Shown here: piece by piece, positions 48,290-64,000 of the stretch | Layout of the letters: each line of letters starts with the position of its first letter | Numbering within the stretch: position 1 is the first letter of the stretch | NCBI GenBank assembly: GCA_964016885.1 | Contig: OZ024758.1 | Span: forward strand, 19,282,001-19,346,000 | From: Eledone cirrhosa | Taxonomy: Eukaryota | Direction: 5' to 3' | Length of the DNA: 64,000 nucleotides | Notes under the pieces: model-generated | Database searches by the model: none | What the model saw: only the letters and a program-made list of their open reading frames with translations | Told to the model about the DNA's origin: nothing | Translations under genes and position numbers: made by a program

Positions 48290-48790
48290 TTATTAAGATT
48301 CCGAGGTTAACTAATCCTTTCTTTCTCAAGGAGTCGATTAAATAAAGTACCAGTAATGTAGTGGGTAATTGCTGGCCTTGTGCCAAAAGTAAAAGCAATT
48401 ATTAAGATTCTGAAGTGGCAGTATCGCTAGAGGATCGGACGCTATGCATTCCAACATAGAGTTACACTCCTTTAAGATCTGGGTTTAACTTTGCGTTTCA
48501 TCCTTACGGGTTCGATAAAATAAAGTACCAATAATACATTGGGATAATTGCTGGCCTTGTGCCAATAGTATAAACAATTATTAAGATACAGGGCGCTGGT
48601 TTGGCAGTATCTGTAGAGGGTCTGATGTCATGCTTTGCAGGACAGTGTTATGCCCCTTTATGGTCTGAGTTCAAATCTCGCCGAGGTTAACTTTGCCATT
48701 CCTCCTTACGGGGTCGATAAAATAAAGTACCAGTAATACACTGAGATAATTGATGGCCGTGTGCCAAAAGTAGAAACAATTATTAAGATT
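48290..48790 (+). mobile_element. Three tandem SINE copies
   Basis: Core plus tail occur three times, delimited by attattaagat; B-box gagttcaaatctc in the third copy. Confidence 0.88.
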
Positions 48791-49577
48791 CATTCCCGGA
48801 ACATGTGCCTGGAAATTTTGTAGATAAATTAAATGACAATAGAATATTCAAAATATCTATACAATGACTTATTATTTACACTACTTAATGACGGAATAAC
48901 GGTTAGAGAGAATAATCTTTCTCAGATAAATTGTTGAACTTTAATACTTGACTCGAAGTATAATAAAATGTTACATCCTTAACTCGAAGTATAGTGAAAA
49001 GTTACATCCACAACAATCCTCCTCGTGAGAAAAACTCCCAGTCTGGAGAAAGTGAGAAAAATATTCCTGAGAAAAAGATATTCTGTGACTGAAAACAGGG
49101 ACTTCATCATTCAGTATAATATATTTTGATTTGAACAATATATTGCACCTAGAGATATATTTCACAAAGACTCTTTCATGATAACGTATAGATGAATTAT
49201 CAAGGCTTCCTTTCGACATCAGTGAAAAGATCTAACAATATTTAAAATTAACGAATGGACAGATTAGACAATTATGATTTCCTAACCCACGGCCATGTTT
49301 GTTACATTGATATAAAGTTCAGTGTTATATAAATATATAACAAATCTTCAATACTACTCTGAATACATAACAAATAAATAATTCCTACATTATGATTCTG
49401 ACTATCTTGTTTATCTATCTACTTCTCACTATATATATATATATAAAAATAATACATATATATATATATATATATATGTATAGTGGTGGAGCACTGGTAG
49501 GTCATGTCCCTAGTGGTAGAGCACTCAGTCCAAGGGTCTAGTTAGGTAAGTGGTTACACAACAGTTAGTTCACCATA

Positions 49578-49617
49578 CCGAGAACAATTGTTTCACCTTA
49601 ACGGATCCTCAGCTCGG
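49578..49617 (-). ncRNA. Hammerhead ribozyme in the inverted pLTR
   Basis: ccgag-CTGAGGA-tcc(gttaa)ggt-GAAA-caattg-TT-ctcgg; palindromic stem III ACAATTGT. Confidence 0.8.
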
Positions 49618-49682
49618 AATGGGCATGGTTATAGGAACAGAAAGGACAACCGTACGAACGCGCATGCGCATAAACCCGGGCA

Positions 49683-50930
49683 ATCTCAGAGACCCTGTTA
49701 GACAAAGCGTTGGATCTCGCTACCACTTATACCACCGTCGATGCTTTAGACAGGAAAATCATCGCTCACTGCCGGAAAACCCTCCTCTTCAACGACGGAG
49801 TAGCCTGGGCAAAAAAGTCTACATCTTCAGACCTATTCGACGTCTACATGGGATCGTGTGACAGTGCTGACATATGAGACTTGGTTGGCCTTTTTATCTT
49901 AGACATATTACGTGTTAGATTCCCGGACTTCCGGGAATCTAACACGTAATATGTCTATTACGGCTATATACCGTGACGATGTACTGATTTTATCGATCCA
50001 TAAGAAGGGTCACGACCTCGACCGGTTTAAAAAAGACATAGCTTCTACCTTCAATGAGTTAGGACTTAGGATAACATTTGCCACCAACCTCTCTAGCGTA
50101 GATGTCTAAGAAATTAATTTCCACCTTCGCACACACACCCACATACCCTTCCATAATCGAAGCGAGAAACTTAATTACATTCACAAGGACTCATGCCACC
50201 CTCCCACTGTTTTTAGAAACTTCGTTAAGAATATCAGTACTAGAATCTCAAACCTCTCCTCTAATAAGGCTATCTTTGACACAGGCGTTGGCTAACAGCG
50301 GCTTCTCACAACCTACACTTACTCTCCCACTAGCAACAACACCATTAAGAAAAGTAAGATCAACAATAGCCAAACTATCTGGTTCTCTCCTCCCTACTCA
50401 CTCAACGTTATAACCAATGTAGGAAAACAATTTCTAGCCCTCTTAGATATACACTTCCCCATAGGTCATAAATACCGCTCCATCGTTAACCGACACAAAG
50501 TTAAACTAGGATACTCCTGCGCTAAGAACATGAAGGCCCACATCACCAGCAGCCCTAGCAGCAACACACCACCAGGGTGCTCTTGCCGTAAGCCTGAACC
50601 TTGCCCCCTTCAACAGTAATGCAACACACCAGCTGTAATCTATGAAGCTGAAGTCACTTACAACCGACAAAACGAACCACAGGAGGTCAAATCCCTTGTG
50701 GGAATGGCGGAGGGCCGATTCAAGGAATGTTTCCTGAACCATCAGTCTACCTCAGGTACCCGGACAGACGTTCATCCACGAAACTCGCGAGCCACGTATG
50801 GTCCCTCAAGGACTCAAGAATAGACTACTCCATTCAATGGAAAGCCATCACTAAGTCCAAGCCATACGCAAGGGGAAATTCGACATGTGGCTTATGTATT
50901 GACGAACGAATAGAGATTACGCAATAGTGA
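49683..50930 (+). pseudogene. PLE reverse transcriptase plus GIY-YIG endonuclease (stops, frameshifts)
   Basis: FDVYMGSCDSADI*DLVGLFIL; IYRDD; YIHKDSCHPP; IWFSPPYSLNVITNVGKQFL..HFP; CSCRKPEPCPL; VIYEAEV..VGMAEGRFK; TKLASHVWSLK; CGLCIDE. Confidence 0.92.
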
Positions 50931-51176
50931 TTGCCTAAACACGAGAAGTGGATTTTTCACACGTTGTCCACACGTCGCCAAACGCCTATTGCATAACGAC
51001 AAGGCTCCGGACTGATTCTTTGTAATTTTATTTTCAACCTAAACACTTTTCGGACCTTCGCAGTTATCTCCCTTACACTCTCGCACGAAGTCTAGTATTG
51101 CCTGTGTGAAAAGACCGGCCTTCTGCGCATGCGCATTCGTACGGTTCTCCTTCCTGTTCCTATAACCATGCCCATT

Positions 51177-51211
51177 CCGAGCTGATGATCCGCTAAGGTG
51201 AAACAATTGTT
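51177..51211 (+). ncRNA. Hammerhead ribozyme truncated at its predicted cleavage site
   Basis: ccgag-CTGATGA-tcc(gctaa)ggt-GAAA-caattg-TT, then (AT)n. Confidence 0.75.
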
Positions 51212-51296
51212 ATATATATATATATTCTAATTCTGTTTATATATATATATAGTAATGTTGTTTATGTATATATATATATATATATATAGTAATTTT

Positions 51297-51344
<48 letters not shown>

Positions 51345-51436
51345 TCTAATTGTGTTTATATATATATATATATATACATATACTAATTGTGTTTATATAT
51401 ATCTATATCTATGTATATATATAAATACTAATTTTG

Positions 51437-51523
<87 letters not shown>

Positions 51524-52375
51524 TAATTGTGTTTATATATATCTATATCTATATATAAGTATGTAATAAATATGTAATATCTATATATAAGTATGTAAAT
51601 GAAATTTCGTTACATTTTTTCCGTATATATATATATATATATATAACAGAATAGAACGATCGTTATACTCTAACCATCGCTTAAAATCTACATTTTCATA
51701 TTACAAATACTACCAGGATTGAACGCCTGTCTCTATCTCCGTTTGATTGTCAAAATACATATTAACATTCTCTATTAGTCTTAATTCTATCAACTCTTCT
51801 ATTATTTACCATTTAACATAAACTGCTATAGATAAAATGAGATTTCTGATTTCTTAATTCAATTCCCTAATGCATAAACCAGCTGGATACTAGCATTAAT
51901 GATATTCAGTAGCAGTCGAAATCTCCCCCTTCCTCAATTGACACTTTATAATTAATACTACTACACCAAATGACCAGCCATGTCCACTGTTCAATTGGTC
52001 AAGTATAGATTAAAATAGGCACTCCCAAAAATTCTTATTTAGATAAAATAAACTATTTACTCATTGTATTCTCATTAGAAACCCTTTATATCCTTGTTTA
52101 GCTGTAAATTGAATTACCATCTGTCATATACTCTCCCCTCTCTTCTTCCTCTAATACAACTAATATAAATACTTCAATTTTTCTGATTTTATCCAATTTA
52201 TCCAAAATCTCTGAATAAGTGACAACTGATTATACATTTGCTATCGAATACTTGCTAACATTATATGATTACGCAAGCAGCGATACATAGGTATTCCGTC
52301 TGTTACAGAAACATATGTCAATACCTAATACATTCCTTTTTAAAAAAAGCACTTTCATTTTATATTCATCTTTTC

Positions 52376-52469
<94 letters not shown>

Positions 52470-52544
52470 CATATATGAATATATATATATATAAATTTAT
52501 ATATATACATATATACATATATATATATATATAAATTTATATAT

Positions 52545-52623
<79 letters not shown>

Positions 52624-52853
52624 TATATATAAATATATATATATATACATATAAACAATATATATATATATACATATATATATTCTAATTTTGTTTATAT
52701 ATATAAACAATATATATATATAAACAATATATGTGTATATATATATATTCTAATTTTGTGTATATAGATATACAATATATATATATATATATACAATATA
52801 TATATATACAATATATATATATATATATATATACAATATATATATATATATAT

Positions 52854-52903
<50 letters not shown>

Positions 52904-54309
52904 ATAAACCTACACTCTCGCGCACACAGGCACATATTGAAAAACATATATGTATATAACAGAGATTCAATATAGAAAATACTTCTACTAGACTAGAACT
53001 GTTTCTTTCTTATGAACTCATCAGAATGTGCATTTCTGATGATTTCATACGCAGGCAACACTTCTAGTTATTTAGAAGCCTGTTTCATATTGCATTTTTG
53101 TTGTCCTCACACTAATTATGCACTAAAATATTCTCTCATATCAGGTTCAGCTTTTAACACTTCAAAGCCTACTTTGAACGTAATTCCTTGTGGCATCCCA
53201 GTCGGGCCGTTACATTCTGTATTTGCTAGCATGTTTCTTGCACCAGTCCATATCTGTCCTTACCTTTCACTTGGAAAGCATCATTAACGTGGAAAAGACA
53301 CAGTATTCCGAACATATTCACCGATAATGTTTAGCATTGATTCAAAACTGAAATCATGTATCACAAAATCTAATTATATTAAATCGTATGTTTTCGATCT
53401 ACGGATGCAAATCTTTCGTTAACAATGTACATTGTCTAAATCCTTTATTTAATTATCTTGTCTAGGTAATATGCAATATTCGTTGTAAAGTGTTCAATAA
53501 TGGAATGCGTATCAAGAAGTCCATTATAGAATTTTAGTACGGAATTTTGTGTCAAACACTTACTAGACATTAAACACAACCAAACTGATTCTCTTCCCAA
53601 TGCCATGAGCATCGGGTAATTTGAGCAAAGTTGAAGAATTACTCCATTTGTATTGACTTATAATGGATGTTCTCAGTTGTGACTTAACATTTAGATTCAC
53701 CAATGCCTTTTCATCTCGAGGAAATGGTATTAAATACGAATCCTACTAGAATATTTAATTTCAGTAGGTATGATTTTATTCACGTAAAAGAAAATTCATA
53801 ATGGCGACTATTCGGAATATAAAAGAAACTCTTATCCATTATAGGCAATTTGAAATCAGGAAAACCCTGGCATGTAAATCTAAATTGAGTTTTATTTATT
53901 GGAATCGGCTACTGCTACTACTACTACTGCACTGGTACTACTACAACTACTAATATACTACTACTACTTCAACTGCACTGGTACTACTACTACTATTTTT
54001 ACGATGACAACGCCGACCATGGTGGTGGTGAGGATGATGATGAAGATAGTGATAATGATGATGATGATGAGGATGGCGACAATATCCTATAAATGATCCT
54101 TCAAACAGCAAAACAGATGTTCATCGTCAAGTTGTTATGTTACGGGAAATCAAATACTCATGCTGATTTATGCTACAAATAATAACATGTTTTTTTATGA
54201 ATACACGCACACACGCACACATACACACACACACACACGCACACCCACCCACAGACATACACACACATATATACATATATATGTATGCATGTATGTACGT
54301 ATATACATG

Positions 54310-54378
<69 letters not shown>

Positions 54379-55780
54379 TACAGTAGGAGGTAGACGGGTA
54401 TGATATTATATAAATTATATAAGTTCACTGAATATGTATTACATGATTTTCCGAATCTCCACTCACACAAATTGTACTGCCAGGTAATGGCTATATAAAT
54501 GTTTTCAGGTGCTAACCAAGTATATATTATTGTTATTTGGTTTCATACATTTACGTAAACGTAGTTTCTAGCATCGCAAGTTAAATGAGTAGAATTGAAA
54601 TGCTAAGAAACCATTATCAGATTTAACGAAGCAGCCAGACATATAGCGATAAACGCAGTGTTATATACGTGGTAAATGTATATTGATCGTTTGTTATTCT
54701 ATAAGTTTATAAAATGTCTGCTATAGCATTGTCTTCATTAAACAATTTGAATGTATCTTTCTAACTGGAAACCTATCGATTAGCACTTTATAATCCATGT
54801 GTAAATATAATCCTATATCAATAAACAGAATCAGTCAGCTTTGCACATTTGGATTTACTTGCAGACGGGTAAAATGTGGTATCGTTGGAAGTTATATTGC
54901 TGATATTTTGCAAATATTGAAAATATTTCAGTAGCAAACAATTGAGAAGCCATTATAACCTTCCCAGCCTAAAACAAATACATTTCATCGAGATATCTTG
55001 TCATTTTAGAAGATTGTTGTTGGGCTAGAAATGGATTATAATGCTCCAATGGCAAACATAATCTTTCTACTGGAGGCAACATGTCCGCCTCAAACTAATA
55101 GAGTTGGAAGTTAGAAAGATTTAGGAAATCATAAAATGTTCAATTGTTGCAAATTATTTCTAATACCATTTAGTTTTCGGATTTAGATAACATTAATTAC
55201 GTTTAGAAAATATTCCAGTAGCTCAAACATTACAATACCCCAAATAATTATTAACGATTTCTAAATGTTTTACAAGGTTAGGTAGCGATTTATAGTGGTG
55301 GAACAGCGATTATATCGGTCTTTGTATTTTACACCTTATTTTATCGAACATAATATGCTGAAGAGCAAATCTAGTGAACAATATTTGTACATTATTTGAA
55401 AGCAGGCAAATTGAATTTTGCTTCAGGGCATGGAATCAACATGTCCTAAACTGGAATAAGTATCGTAAATCATCCATACGATGTAACGATTCTGCTAACC
55501 CACCAAACTATATTAGGTAATAAATATTAAAATCTAGTTAATAAATATCACTTAATAAATGAATCAAATATAATTGTTTGAGGCCAAAATGCTTTCCATT
55601 AGACAATTTCTTGCACATTTACCACAAATCTTATTAATTTACTTAATTGAGTATAGCAATATGTTATTAACAACTAGATATGAGAGAAGTGTACATCTAA
55701 ATGTTGATCGTAAATATGTAGATTGTTACGTTACGGAATAATGAAATACTGAAGTAGTTACCTGTTCATTATCCAATAAT

Positions 55781-57503
<1,723 letters not shown>

Positions 57504-57783
57504 ATAATATATATATATATAATATATATATATATATATAATATATATATGATATATATATATATATATATTAGAAAGTGATTTTTTTTTTTTACAAAAT
57601 GAAAAATAACCGATGTGTCCTACACGAGTATAAGTATAAAGAAAAAAAGATCAAAATCGAAAATTCAACTGGAATGTTATTTTAATTATTTAAAAAAATA
57701 CATATATACAGTTATTTGGTTCATTTAGCGGTTTCGATGTTCTGCTTTCCAGAAGTAGATTTGAGATGGAGAGACTGTGGATT

Positions 57784-57868
<85 letters not shown>

Positions 57869-58097
57869 GAGAGAGAGAGAGAGAGAAATATATATATATA
57901 TATATAAAGAGAGACAGAGAGAGAGAGAGAGATACCACAGACCCTCCATATCTAACCATCTAACATCTCAGGGTATTTCATGTAGCATTATATTTTATTT
58001 GATTAGAACGTACTGTTGAACCTGGTTCAAATACCTCTAAAATATGTATAATCACATTTAATTGATCACAATAACATCAATTTTATTAATATTTGAA

Positions 58098-58128
<31 letters not shown>

Positions 58129-58137
<9 letters not shown>

Positions 58138-58538
58138 AGATCAAAAGATGGTTAAAGGAGTTCCATGTATTTTATTATGCGCATTTCATAAACAAACATC
58201 ATCATGCAATAATATTTGTATTTTCATCAGATAAAACAGGAGGACATGATATGAAGGCTAAAAAACACTTGTGGATAGTGCAGTTTTAAATCAACAAAAC
58301 TGCACTATCCACAAGTGTTTTTTAGCCTTCATATCATGTCCTCCTGTTTTATCTGATGAAAATACAAATATTATTGCATGATGATGTTTGTTTTTGAAAT
58401 GCGCATAATAAAATACAAGGAACTCCTTTAACCATGTTTTGATCTTATATATTATGTATACTCCAGTCCTACAAACTGTAGAGTGCTTCTTATCCGATAT
58501 CTGCATTGCTTTATTGTACTACAATAAAACTCACCTCC

Positions 58539-58541
<3 letters not shown>
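58129..58541. mobile_element. Family H head-to-head palindrome (short left arm, long-tailed right arm); HHRs at 58170-58236 (-) and 58347-58413 (+)
   Basis: Inverted arms pivot at ~58288-58295; (TA)n flanks. Confidence 0.92.
58347..58413 (+). ncRNA. Minimal hammerhead ribozyme, family H
   Basis: ttttat-CTGATGA-aaatacaaatat...atgtttgttttt-GAAA-tgcgca-TA-ataaaa; palindromic stem III ATGCGCAT. Confidence 0.85.
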
Positions 58542-58626
<85 letters not shown>

Positions 58627-58808
58627 TATATATATATATATATATACCTATATATATATATAAGGATTAGAATACTGGAGCGTGTTTGAGTCAAACACCC
58701 TCTTCGTATTATAGAAATGACAGTAAAAGGTATAGCTCAATGCAGTTAAACAGAGCCAAAAAATTAAGAGAGTAAAAAAAAGAATCCTTTAATACATCAA
58801 AAGTTTTT

Positions 58809-58853
58809 ATTAGCCGACAATGTTTCGTCCTATTAATGACTCATCAGGGCAAT
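58809..58853 (-). ncRNA. Canonical-core minimal hammerhead ribozyme, family F (host element starts at the TA tract, ~58662)
   Basis: attgcc-CTGATGA-gtc(attaatag)gac-GAAA-cattg-TC-ggctaat, with a GUC triplet and AATAAA immediately downstream. Confidence 0.88.
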
Positions 58854-59188
58854 CAAAACAACAAGAGGTAATATTGGCAGATACAAGCCAGAAACTCTGA
58901 AGAATATGGAGTGTACATACACTAATGTCTTACAAAGATATACGATAATAAAAATGAAAATAAAGATAAAAATAATAAAAATATATAATAACTAAGGATG
59001 TAGATAACATTAAGAACCATATTACAAATATAGTCCAAAGCCACCAACCTAAATCTAAACAAATTTGGTTATATAGAGCAGGAATTATATATAACACAAT
59101 ATACTACATTATAATAAAAATATATTTATACCAACATTAAAATTCCAAATTAAAAATCAAAAGGTACAACATATACATGTATATATGT

Positions 59189-59273
<85 letters not shown>

Positions 59274-59431
59274 ACAATATACATATCTATGTTCTATCAT
59301 AAAGAAATTAAGCCCTATTAGAAGTTTGAATATTAAAAATAAGCATGGTAATAGTGAAAATAATACTAATACATCTACCCAATATACATGAGGCAATAAT
59401 ATGATATAATTACAAGAAACACATATAACAT

Positions 59432-59545
59432 ATAATTGTTTCTACTCTTGGCACAAGGCCAGCAATTACCCAGTGCATTACTGGTACTTTATTTTATCGA
59501 CCCCGTAAGGATGAAAGGCAAAGTTAACCTCGACGGGATTTGAAC
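59432..59545 (-). mobile_element. SINE copy
   Basis: Tail, core and B-box in reverse orientation. Confidence 0.88.
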
Positions 59546-59770
59546 ATATATAACAAATAATAAACAACAAAATTATATAATTCAATACAATATAATAAAG
59601 TAGAATAGATAATCCCCGGTTAATTTACAGAAACAATATAGATGTCACAATGAAATACAATGATAAAATGTTAACATTATATTAACAAGTACCATAAACA
59701 ATATATACAAATTGATATATATATACAAATATATACAAATTGATATATATATATATAAATATATACAAAT

Positions 59771-59822
<52 letters not shown>

Positions 59823-59870
59823 ATATATATACACCTATATATATATATATATATATAAATATATACAAAT

Positions 59871-59939
<69 letters not shown>

Positions 59940-59941
59940 TA

Positions 59942-60455
<514 letters not shown>

Positions 60456-60850
60456 TTTTGTGAAAAGCTGTAGCGAGTCAGACTTATTAGCACAGAAATA
60501 TGTGATCGATTGTAACATCACATTGTAGAATGTGACGTAGAGTGGTGTAAAGCCGAAAGACTCCAAGTGCGGTTTGAAATGCAACATGTAAATTCACATA
60601 AAGATACACAAACTGGCACTTTAACAAATTCTTCTATACCTTATAGATTGCAGTAATAGTATGGTGATTTACTTCTCAGCCAATACATTATTTTCCGTGC
60701 ATTAATCTCGGAATCAGCTTTGGTTATAGGATTATATTCCTAAAGTCGTGTCCTTGAAGCCTAAAAGTATATACACGGTTTTATTTTCTTTGTCACAATT
60801 GAAAAGTGTTGTAACATACATATATCATACATATATAAACACATACATAG

Positions 60851-60892
<42 letters not shown>

Positions 60893-61071
60893 TTTAAGGT
60901 TTTTTGGTTCACCACTGGATAGAACTGGTCATTCCGTATGGTCAATCTTGGTGTAATATTGTGAAGAGTACTCAACGCAGTGCAGTTCACCCATCTTCGT
61001 CTGTGTAGTTGGTGGTTCGAATACGAAGTTAATTATAAATGAAGTAACAGGAGGCTGTTACTTCATTTATT

Positions 61072-61105
<34 letters not shown>

Positions 61106-61148
61106 TATATACAGAGAGATATATATAATATATATCCACATATATATA

Positions 61149-61189
<41 letters not shown>

Positions 61190-61207
61190 ACATATACATA
61201 ATATATG

Positions 61208-61241
<34 letters not shown>

Positions 61242-61293
61242 TATATATTTATATTTAAAGCTAGATATAGATACATACTTACAAACTAACACA

Positions 61294-61355
<62 letters not shown>

Positions 61356-62004
61356 CGTGTGAGTATATGTATGTATGTGTTTGTGATTTTATGTAAAACT
61401 GCGTAGTATGTGCTTGTGAGCACATACAATAATAGCTAGCATAACTAACAATATGTCTAGGTAATTAAATTATCTATGGTGTTGCGACATTATACAGTCC
61501 TGTATTGAACATAAGACTTCACTCAATCTTTACGACGGAAATCAAATTTTCAGGAAATCCATTTATTTAGCGCGGCAATTATAATTGGCTACAATATCAT
61601 AGTGCCCGTATGAGTTTCACCAGATGCACTAATATATCGATTTAATACGTTTTCTTTTACATTAAGATTGTAAAAGCTTAGGAATCATGAAACTTATGAT
61701 AAAATATTACATAGACGTAAAACTGTCCCTCTAAACAGGTCAAGTGGACCTTGCGACCTTACGCACTCAGACAAGATAGGTTTAATTCAAATACAATCTT
61801 TTAAATATATACGGATGAATTAATATAAAATAATGTATACGTACAAACACATATATACACACATATAGACTCACACACACACACGTATATATATATATAT
61901 ACTTAGTATACGATATCGGGAGTGAAAGAAGTACTTCGTACTGGTATGGCGCGCAAAATGTCTATATTATTATATTAGTATAATTATAGAATCCTGTGCG
62001 TTTG

Positions 62005-62567
<563 letters not shown>

Positions 62568-62568
62568 A

Positions 62569-62632
<64 letters not shown>

Positions 62633-62762
62633 GAAGTTCTATCTAAATTGTTGGGATTCAACAAGCAAATATGTTTATAACTGATATAAAGCACTCAACA
62701 CTTTATTGGAGTAAAAATACGATATATTAACAAATGGAAAGTATATTTATAAAACCATATTT

Positions 62763-62824
62763 ATTTCATTACATATATTTCAAGACACCAAGTTAAATTA
62801 TGGTGTGCTTTCATCAGATAAAAT
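62763..62824 (-). ncRNA. Minimal hammerhead ribozyme, family G (host element ~62631-62850)
   Basis: attttat-CTGATGA-aagcacacca(taatttaact)tggtgtctt-GAAA-tatatg-TA-atgaaat. Confidence 0.82.
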
Positions 62825-63000
62825 ATAATATAGATCAGATTTATAAATAAATATTGACATACCCTTTTTTTCTCTCTTTTTTCTTCTTTCTCTCTTTCTC
62901 TTTTTCTCGTTTTTTAATTTTCCTCTTAAAGCTACTTTTTTCTTTTTTTCTTTTTTTCTTTTTTCTATTTCCCTCTCTCCATACCCCGACGGCTTATTTT

Positions 63001-63066
63001 AAATATATTAAATATATTAAATATATTAAATATATTAAATATATTAAATATATTAAATATATTAAA
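63001..63066. repeat. Tandem 9-mer (aaatatatt) x7
   Basis: Direct reading. Confidence 0.95.
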
Positions 63067-63069
63067 ATA

Positions 63070-63462
63070 GAAAAATGAACACAAACACACACAGACACCC
63101 GGATGTGGCGCATGCGCAAACTGAGCACGCAACCCACACACAAACAAAATGGCGTAGGATAGAAGAAAGGAAAGGCACAGAAACGAAGAAAGAAATCCCC
63201 AGTCACTGAAGAGGTCACAGAGTGTGTGACGAAAGAACTATGACTATATATATATAAACAACTATCTGGTTGTGGAACCAACCAACCAACCAGAAATTTA
63301 TAAATTTGTAAATTTATAAATATATATTAAATTAAATTGAAGTGAAAGCAACTGGTGCGTGTGTTTCTTATTGGCAACATGACCCTCCCAAAGTATAACA
63401 ATATCGGTTTCAACACACGATTTCAGATAAAGAATCTTGCTAAACAAATTCAGAAACGAAAT
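63070..63462 (+). mobile_element. HHR family A copy (full tail); HHR at 63201-63245
   Basis: agtca-CTGAAGA-g-gtcaca(gagtg)tgtgac-GAAA-gaac-TA-tgact. Confidence 0.92.
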
Positions 63463-63514
63463 AAATATGGTTTTATAAATATAGTTTCCTTTTGTTAATA
63501 TATCGTGTATATAT

Positions 63515-63593
<79 letters not shown>

Positions 63594-63600
63594 CATATAT

Positions 63601-63745
63601 ATAATTGTTTCTACTTTTGGCAGAAGGTCAGCAATTACTGGTACTTTATTTTATCGACCCTGTAAGGATGAAAGGCAAAGTTAACCTCGACGGAATTTGA
63701 ACTGAGACCGAAATCGGACGTATCTATGCTAGAAAGCATGGCGAA
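63601..63745 (-). mobile_element. SINE copy
   Basis: ctggtactttattttatcgaccctgtaaggatgaaaggcaaagttaacctcgacggaatttgaac. Confidence 0.85.
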
Positions 63746-64000
63746 TATGAACAAAGTGGAGATGTTACATAGGATATTTATTGGTCAATCCTGGTTTTAA
63801 ATGTTTCTTAAGCAGCTGGCTCGTGATCTGCTATGGCAGCCCCGGATCAGACACCAAGCCTGCCTGATCCTCAGCCCAGTATTAACACAACAAAAATCAC
63901 ATCTTATCCGTGGATGAACCAGCAAAGACACAGACAAGGATATAGAATGACAAATGTATATCATGATTGTGATGAATTCGTTTCGTCTTTGAAGATCAAC

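Larger units (their letters stand above)
49481..51211 (+). mobile_element. 5'-truncated Penelope-like retroelement (probably Nematis-type) with inverted pseudo-LTRs, in (TA)n
   Basis: 49583-49670 is the reverse complement of 51124-51211; RT and GIY-YIG remnants lie between. Confidence 0.92.

Noticed and set aside
48290-48790. CRISPR-like repeat-spacer appearance
   Set aside because: The units are SINE copies in a eukaryotic context; there are no cas genes or unique spacers.
49875-49877. In-frame TGA at a likely Cys position (ADI*DLVG), raising selenocysteine recoding as in Naiad PLEs
   Set aside because: The copy has other stops and frameshifts, its endonuclease is C-terminal (not Naiad-like), and I identified no SECIS. 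A point mutation is simpler.

Overview
This is eukaryotic, very AT-rich, repeat-saturated DNA, most likely from an octopod cephalopod (inferred from the tRNA-headed SINE with a Nin/Deu-like core and the huge (TA)n load). I recognise no intact host gene; almost all ORF-track entries are (TA)n, (CA)n or (GA)n translation artefacts. Coding remnants: (i) an RTE-clade LINE with a clean 5' inversion (26350-29770) and a second RTE 3' fragment (42724-43225); (ii) a decayed Penelope-like element (RT plus C-terminal GIY-YIG) with inverted pseudo-LTRs (49481-51211); (iii) a second, more decayed Penelope remnant (23930-25277). The main hidden signal: I read about 20 minimal type-I hammerhead ribozyme (HHR) motifs from about 8 unrelated families (here called A, D, E, F, G, H plus two Penelope pLTR types). 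They sit in short, mostly non-coding elements inserted into (TA)n tracts, often as head-to-head palindromes with one long-tailed and one short-tailed arm. There are also many local inverted duplications centred on or bounded by (TA)n. All folds and coordinates were read by eye and ends may be off by a few nt.
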